A stretch of 32,000 nucleotides of DNA, from the sequence record OZ035940.1. One strand, given 5' to 3'. How positions within the stretch are numbered: position 1 is the stretch's first letter; each line of letters opens with the position of its first letter. The notes under the pieces were generated by a model that did no database searches, had not been told where the DNA came from, and worked only from the letters and a program-made list of their open reading frames with translations. A program made the position numbers and the translations under genes. This document shows positions 26,108 to 32,000 of the stretch, piece by piece.

Positions 26108-29100
26108 GGGTTATTAAGGAAAACTAAGGCAAATTTATAAAAAAGGAGGTTATAAACCAAAAGCTTCAATAAATATAATATAAAAAATATATATTTACTA
26201 ATATGAAAAAAAAGCGATCCTAAGGTAAACCTTGTTTAATAAACTACTTCCTGAAGTAAAACATTTTATTAGGGAAAGGAAAGGAAATCAACCGAGACTC
26301 TGAAAGTAATGGTGAGTGAAATCAGATTAGCCTAAATTAATATTATAAATTGAATAACTTATACATCTTTATTTAATAGTGTATCTTTTGATTTATCAAA
26401 TGAAAATTACTTAATTTAAAGATAGTATTAGTTAGCATAAATTTTTTATGGTTTTCATACAAAATAATTGCTCTAAAGAAGGTCACTTTATACTAAGTCC
26501 TGTAGATTTATAATTTAATTAAAAAAGAATAAACTAGTAACTATAAAAATATTTAAATAAAAATAAAAAATAATTTGTTAAGTTATATTTTTAAAACTAT
26601 TTAAATTCTTTATGGTCTCTAATAATTATTCTATTATAAAGTATGATGAGAGAAAACTTGTCAGAATATAGGGGAACCATCCTCTAAGGCTAAGTATTAT
26701 AAATTTAGCGATAGTGAATAAGTACTGTAAAGGAAAAGTTTGAAAAGCGAGTGGTATACAAAAAGTGATTTTTTAAATTTATTTCAATTATTTAATTATT
26801 TACAGCTAATTTTAAATCCTTAATTGGATCTTAAAAAAAAAATGTATATATTAAAAAAGAATAAAAATAAAAAAGAATCGATGAAATAGATCATGAATTA
26901 GTAACTCTATAAGCAGTCGAAATTCTACTTTAAACAAAAGAAATTATGAATGACGGCGTACCTTTTGCATAATGGGTCAGCAAGTTAATAGGAGTAGCAA
27001 GGTTTAAAGCCCTAGCGAAAGCGACTGGACTATATTAATAATTTAATTTAATTTTATTAAACAAATAGTGATGGATAAGTTACTTCTATTAGACCCGAAG
27101 CCAGGTGATCTTACCAAGTCCAGATTATAATGGATCGAACGGGTGAATGTTGCATAATTCTCCGATGAGGCTTGGTAAGCGGTGAAATGCCAATCTGACC
27201 TGGTGCTAGCTGGTTTTCTACCGAAACATATTTAAGTATGATGTCTACACAAAATTTATGGAGGTACAGCAAGGCAATTCCCAACAAGTTTAAGAGTTGT
27301 GATTTTTATAATCACTTCAATCTTTTAGGCGTTTAGGTTGTGGGGACCTCGAAAATCTTACCTTTGGAAGCGAATCTCGGAATTACATAAATTGATGGTA
27401 GATATTCAGACTACTCATGCTAAGTTGGGTAGTCAAGACGGAAACAGCCGAGAACACTGATCAAGGTCCCAAATGATTGTTAAGTGAAATTAAGGATGTA
27501 GCAATATCATATACAGCTGTGAAGTGAGCCTGGTAGTCGCTACTTATAATGATCGTATGTAACAACGCATCAGCAGTCTTGATAGTAGCACCGAAAATTT
27601 AACGGGTCTTAAACAATCAACCGATATCGTGTTGGTTTTGAATAAAATAATTTAAATAATTTATTCTTAATCTAGGTAGTAGAACATTCAGTCAAACTAA
27701 TAATAAAACAGTGTTTCATTGTTTTTTAGGTTACTGAAGAGAGAATGCTGACATGAGTAACGTAAAAAGAAGTTATAATACTTCTCGCCGAATACAAAAG
27801 GGTTGCAAATTGGAAAGGTTAATCCGTTTTGTGTGAATGCGGCCTCTAAGGACCAAAACCAAAGTTTTGGCTGATGAGTATATAATAGAAAGTCCATTGA
27901 TTTTTATTAATGGACCAAGAAAATAATATTATAAGTAATTTATTTTAAGATTGAATTCTTTGTTTAAATATCTCTAAATAACAAATATTATTATTTCTAA
28001 TTCTATATTGTATATCCAATAGTGTTTAGATAGTATAAGAATAATTAGTGACAAAAATTTTATTATTTATTAGATTAATAGTCTTTGGAAATAATTTTAG
28101 ATAAGTTATTATCATCATTTGTGTTATTTTTCATTTAAATATTTGTCTAATGGGTATTATAGTTATAGGAATGGAGAGATGATATTGTTCATTTGTAGAT
28201 TAAGATTTTGAATTTTATTCTTATATTTGTTACTTCATTTTGTATTTAATAAATTTGGCAATTTGTGTCATATGAACTTATTAATTATAATTAAACAGGA
28301 ATAAACAGTTAAAGGTTATTTTAAATATTAATCTCTGCAAATATTCTTATCTATAAATTTATAGTTGAGGATACTGTCGTGCTAATAGAAGTCTACAAAT
28401 CTATATCAGATAAAATGAGAAAGATCTGTGTCTAATTTATTAATTAAATGAATTTAGAGTATAGTCATGATTTATGCTTAAATTGGAGGTTTTCCTGTAT
28501 ATTTGTTTCAATTTCCTAATATTAATAAAATTCTTACACAAAGGGTTTTGTTTGTATTGGATCTGGTTATTTTTATTTGGGAAAGATTTATAATATTTAT
28601 AAATTAAATTTCTATTTATCAATAATTTTGATAATTATAGAATTTTCCTTGTCCCTATTTGGAGTCTATCAGTTAATTAATACCTAGTCCTGTAATTTGT
28701 AAGAATTACAGATAAGATTTTATATCTCTAGGAAAAATAATCAAATCAGTTATTAGTCATAAAAAAGAATACTATCCGGTTTCTTAAACTCTAAATTAAA
28801 ACTTAGAGACTTCTAACTAATTTATAAACATTATTGTTTGTTTTTTTTATAATTGATATCAAAAATAGAATGATAGATATCTGTTTAATTTTGTTTAGTT
28901 TATATTTATTATTCTTTATAAGTTATTTAAACTTAACTATAATATTTAACTTTTATTAGCTAAAATTATAAATAATTTTAAATATAACTTTAATATATAT
29001 CATTAAAATTTAAATAGGGTTTAATATAAAATGTTAAAAAATCATAAACATAAAAAAATAGTTGTATCTAACCATCTAGTTTGTAAGAAGAAATATTTAT

Positions 29101-31225
29101 TAGTAAATATTTAATAAAAATTTATCAAATATAATCTATTTAACTACCGTACCCTAAACCGACACAGGTTTGTAGGTAGAGAATACTAAGGCGTAGAGCT
29201 AAAAGTTGTTAAGGAACTCGGCAAGTTCACCTCATAAGTTTGACAAAAAGAGGGACCACAAATATAATTAAAATAGTCCGGATTGATAAGTTAATTATAT
29301 AAGGTGGTGGCACAAAATCGGAGGCCCCGACTGTTTACTAAAAACACAACACAGTGCAATCATTAATATGATAGTATACTGTGTGAAATTTGCCCGATGC
29401 CATTAATATAAGAGCGGTCATGGGGAACTGTGACTAATCGAAAATCTGGTTAATAGCGGTCTTAACTATGAGGATCCTAAGGTAGCAAAATCAGTTGGCC
29501 ATTAAATGTGGTCCGGTATCAATAATGTAACGATGGCCTCACTGTCTCTACAACTTGCTCAGTGAAATTGAATTACACGTGCAGATGCGTGTTGCCTCCA
29601 GGGGGACGGGAAGACCCTATGCAGCTTTACTGTAGTTAGTTATCATATGAATCTAGAACAACCTTAGTTAATAGAAAATAGGGATGTCGATAGACAAATA
29701 CTGGAAACCTTATAATTAAGGTTGGGTTTATGTTTACCTTATAATTAAAAAAAAGGGAGAGTTGACTAATTGGCAGTTTGACTGGGGCGGTCGTCTTTAA
29801 TAGAGTAGCAAAGTACATCCAAATATTTACAAAATATTAGGTCTTATGACCAAAATAAAATCTCAAGATAATAGCTAAAGTTAAAAAGAAAAATAATTAA
29901 TATAATAGTTGAATGTTTATCTTTAAGACAATTAGTTAATTACTTGAAATTAAAACAAATAACTTATTCTCTTTTTTGTTAATATTAAAATTTAATAACA
30001 AAGAGAAAAGTAACAATTAATAGAATAGATAACTACTTAATCTTGATAATTCTTACTAATAAAAACAAATTAATAAGAATGTTAAGTAGAAAAATAATTT
30101 TATTAATTAACAAATAAAATAAAAACTTTCTCTTTAGCTATTTTTTGGCACCCTTTAGATTTATCTTGAGGGAATGTTTTCCATATTCTTATTTTTAATT
30201 AGACAAATTAGTCTCTTTTTTAATATGATAAATGAAAGCCTTTGGCCCTTTGAGGCTGCTGTTGAAATTTAGTGACCCCTTATTATCTATTTATCTTTAA
30301 GTTATTATATTAATAATATTAAATAACAAAAATAGTATATTGCTATGATTAACAAAGCTGGTAAGGGAAAAGAGTTTGGCTAAAAATAATAACACAAAAT
30401 TTATTTAAAAGGTATAGCTAGAAATTGAATGGAGATCAATCAACCAGTGAAGGGTTGCGCAGAGTTCAATGGCGGTAAGCATGCTTAACTGAAAGACCTA
30501 AAAGTCACACAGATACGTAAGTAGGGCATAGTGACCCCTCGCTATAATATGGGATAGACGGGGATCAATTAATAAAAGTTACGCTAGGGATAACAGGCTG
30601 ATAGCCGACGAGAGTACACATTGTCTCGGCTGTTTGGCACCTCGATGTCGACTCATCCTATCCTCCGGGGGAAGAAGCTTGGAAGGGTTCGGCTGTTCGC
30701 CGATTAAAAGGGTACGTGAGTTGGGTTTAATACGACGTGAGTCAGTATGGTCCCTATCTTCTGGAGGGAAAAGTAGTAAAAAGGGGCAGACCTTCTAGTA
30801 CGAAAGGATCAATAGGCTGTGTTTCTCTAGTGTACCAATTGTTTGTACTTTATTGTAAGGGACTCAAAGTATCTTGAAGGCAAAAGTAAAGAAAAATGGG
30901 GAAAATCCTTTTTAACTAAACAAAAGTTTAGTCTTAATAGTTAAATAAATTATTGAGAAAAAAGGGTAACAAAATCGGAAGGCATAGTTGGGTAGCCACA
31001 AACATAATAGATAAGTGCTGAATGTCTATAAAGCAAGAATCTAACCCCTAGATACTAAAAAATGACCATTTTTATTACTATTTTATAGACTTGATAAGAG
31101 ACTCTGAAATAATGTAATAATTATTCATTAATTAAGAAATAGAACATTTCTAGATAGGCTGCAAATGTACATATTGTAAAATATTAAGTTTAGCAGTACT
31201 AATTTATAAAGAAACTTGATGTTAT
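26108..31225 (+). rRNA. rnl: large subunit ribosomal RNA (ends approximate, within about 50 nt)
   Basis: It is colinear with bacterial 23S landmarks:
- ggttattaagg..actaagg, the 5' end
- aaccgagac..agtaatggtgagtgaaa
- ccttttgcataatgggtcagc
- gctggttttctaccgaaa
- gaatgctgacatgagtaacg
- accgtaccctaaaccgacacaggt
- ccgactgtttactaaaaacaca
- ctaaggtagcaaaat
- gacgggaagaccctatgcagctttactg, at 29604-29633
- ggcagtttgactggggcggtc, at 29772-29793
- gggataacaggctgata, at about 30587
- ggcacctcgatgtcgactcatc
- ggctgttcgccgattaaaag
- cgtgagttgggttta
- gataggctgc..cagtactaat, near the 3' end. Confidence 0.9.
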
Positions 31226-31235
31226 AGGTTGTTAC

Positions 31236-31310
31236 TATTTTATTTTATATTTTATATTTTATATTTTATATTTTATATTTTATATTTTATATTTTATATT
31301 TTATATTTTT
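31236..31310. repeat. about 10 tandem copies of the heptamer TATTTTA
   Basis: Perfect period 7 from 31241 to 31303, with partial units on both sides. It lies just after the inferred rnl 3' end and 38 nt before trnA. Confidence 0.95.
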
Positions 31311-31347
31311 TTATTATCAATTAAATAGATATAATTTTTTTTTAAAA

Positions 31348-31418
31348 GGGGGAATCTGATAACGGTAATCAGTTGTATTTGCATTACAAATATGATAGTT
31401 CAAATCTATCTTTCTCCA
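31348..31418 (+). tRNA. trnA: tRNA-Ala (anticodon UGC)
   Basis: Acceptor is gggggaa/tttctcc and includes the G3:U70 alanine identity pair. D arm is tgat-aacggta-atca. Anticodon arm is ttgta-tttgcat-tacaa. T arm is gatag-ttcaaat-ctatc. Length is 71 nt. Confidence 0.9.
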
Positions 31419-32000
31419 ATAAATTTTAATATTTAACTAATAACTATTTTTTATATATTTTTTAATAATAAGATACTATTTAATATTTATTTACAGTATT
31501 CAGAGTTAATTTTATTCATCTATAGTTATAATTTAAATTGATATTAAATAATTAACAATAAATTATAACTTATCCTTTATATTTTGTAAAATAATTAAGG
31601 GTTAGATTTTAGCTATAATTACAATAATTTTTATAATTATAATAATTTTTATAAGCTATACAACAATTTATATTTATTAATTTAATTAATATTGAGCAAT
31701 TTCTATCTGAATCTCTATAATAAAATATTAATACTGGATAGCTAAAATAAAAAGAGTAAAATAATTAAAGGTAGAAAATTCTAAATATAATTGTAAAATA
31801 ATTTGACTCTACATTTACATATTTAACCTTATCTACATTAATCTTTATAATTAATAAAATATATAATGAAATATAAACTAGATTCTTTATAGTTACTAAC
31901 CATTTTAAAAGATGGATATATATATCTTATGGTTAAGATTATCTTGATATATAACACAAGATAGTTAGTGTCAGCACTCTTAATAGTTAAATAGCTTGTA

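Noticed and set aside
27697-29818. Three minus-strand ORFs of 60-66 aa (27697-27897, 28440-28622, 29636-29818)
   Set aside because: All lie inside rnl. Two overlap highly conserved rRNA core sequence. None has homing-endonuclease motifs (LAGLIDADG or GIY-YIG).
31932-31985. Acceptor-like pairing gttaaga / tcttaat near the window end
   Set aside because: The pairing spans only 54 nt and has no T arm, so it is too short for a tRNA.

Overview
This window is very AT-rich fungal mitochondrial DNA. The cob and cox2 N-termini, a free-standing rps3 and the TAATG nad4L/nad5 overlap suggest a basidiomycete-type mitogenome. The taxon call is inference only.

Every supported gene is on the + strand except one tRNA. 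The core genes are all uninterrupted: nad1, cob, cox2, cox3, nad4L, nad5, rps3 and a ~5.1 kb rnl carrying long AT-rich insertions. I folded seven canonical tRNAs by hand (R-UCG, G-UCC, D-GUC on the minus strand, I-GAU, H-GUG, M-CAU, A-UGC), plus one degenerate trnI paralog.

There are two accessory regions:
- 1-4.8 kb is a linear-plasmid-like module. It has an intact T7-type single-subunit RNA polymerase flanked by unknown ORFs, two of which are predicted membrane proteins.
- 15.1-17.1 kb is a string of unknown short + strand ORFs lying in all three frames.

The most interesting signals are non-coding or family-level:
- A strand-biased (A4-6C)n tract recurs in intergenic DNA and often abuts start codons.
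- C-rich clusters sit just 3' of stop codons, resembling the S. pombe C-core.
- A GCCTCTTAT box lies 48-71 nt upstream of the start codons of three ORFs, with a fourth related copy about 150 nt upstream of orf74.
- A ~55 nt hairpin element occurs twice with compensatory substitutions, each copy preceding a small ORF.
- A 5 x 26 bp tandem array with a covarying mini-hairpin is bracketed by a 13 bp inverted repeat.
- A ~230 bp duplication carries trnI and a remodelled copy of it.
- A glycine-rich motif (G-x-G..VLAA.G..DS[IV]L) is shared by two otherwise unrelated membrane ORFs in the two accessory regions.

All calls come from reading the sequence by eye. No database searches were run.
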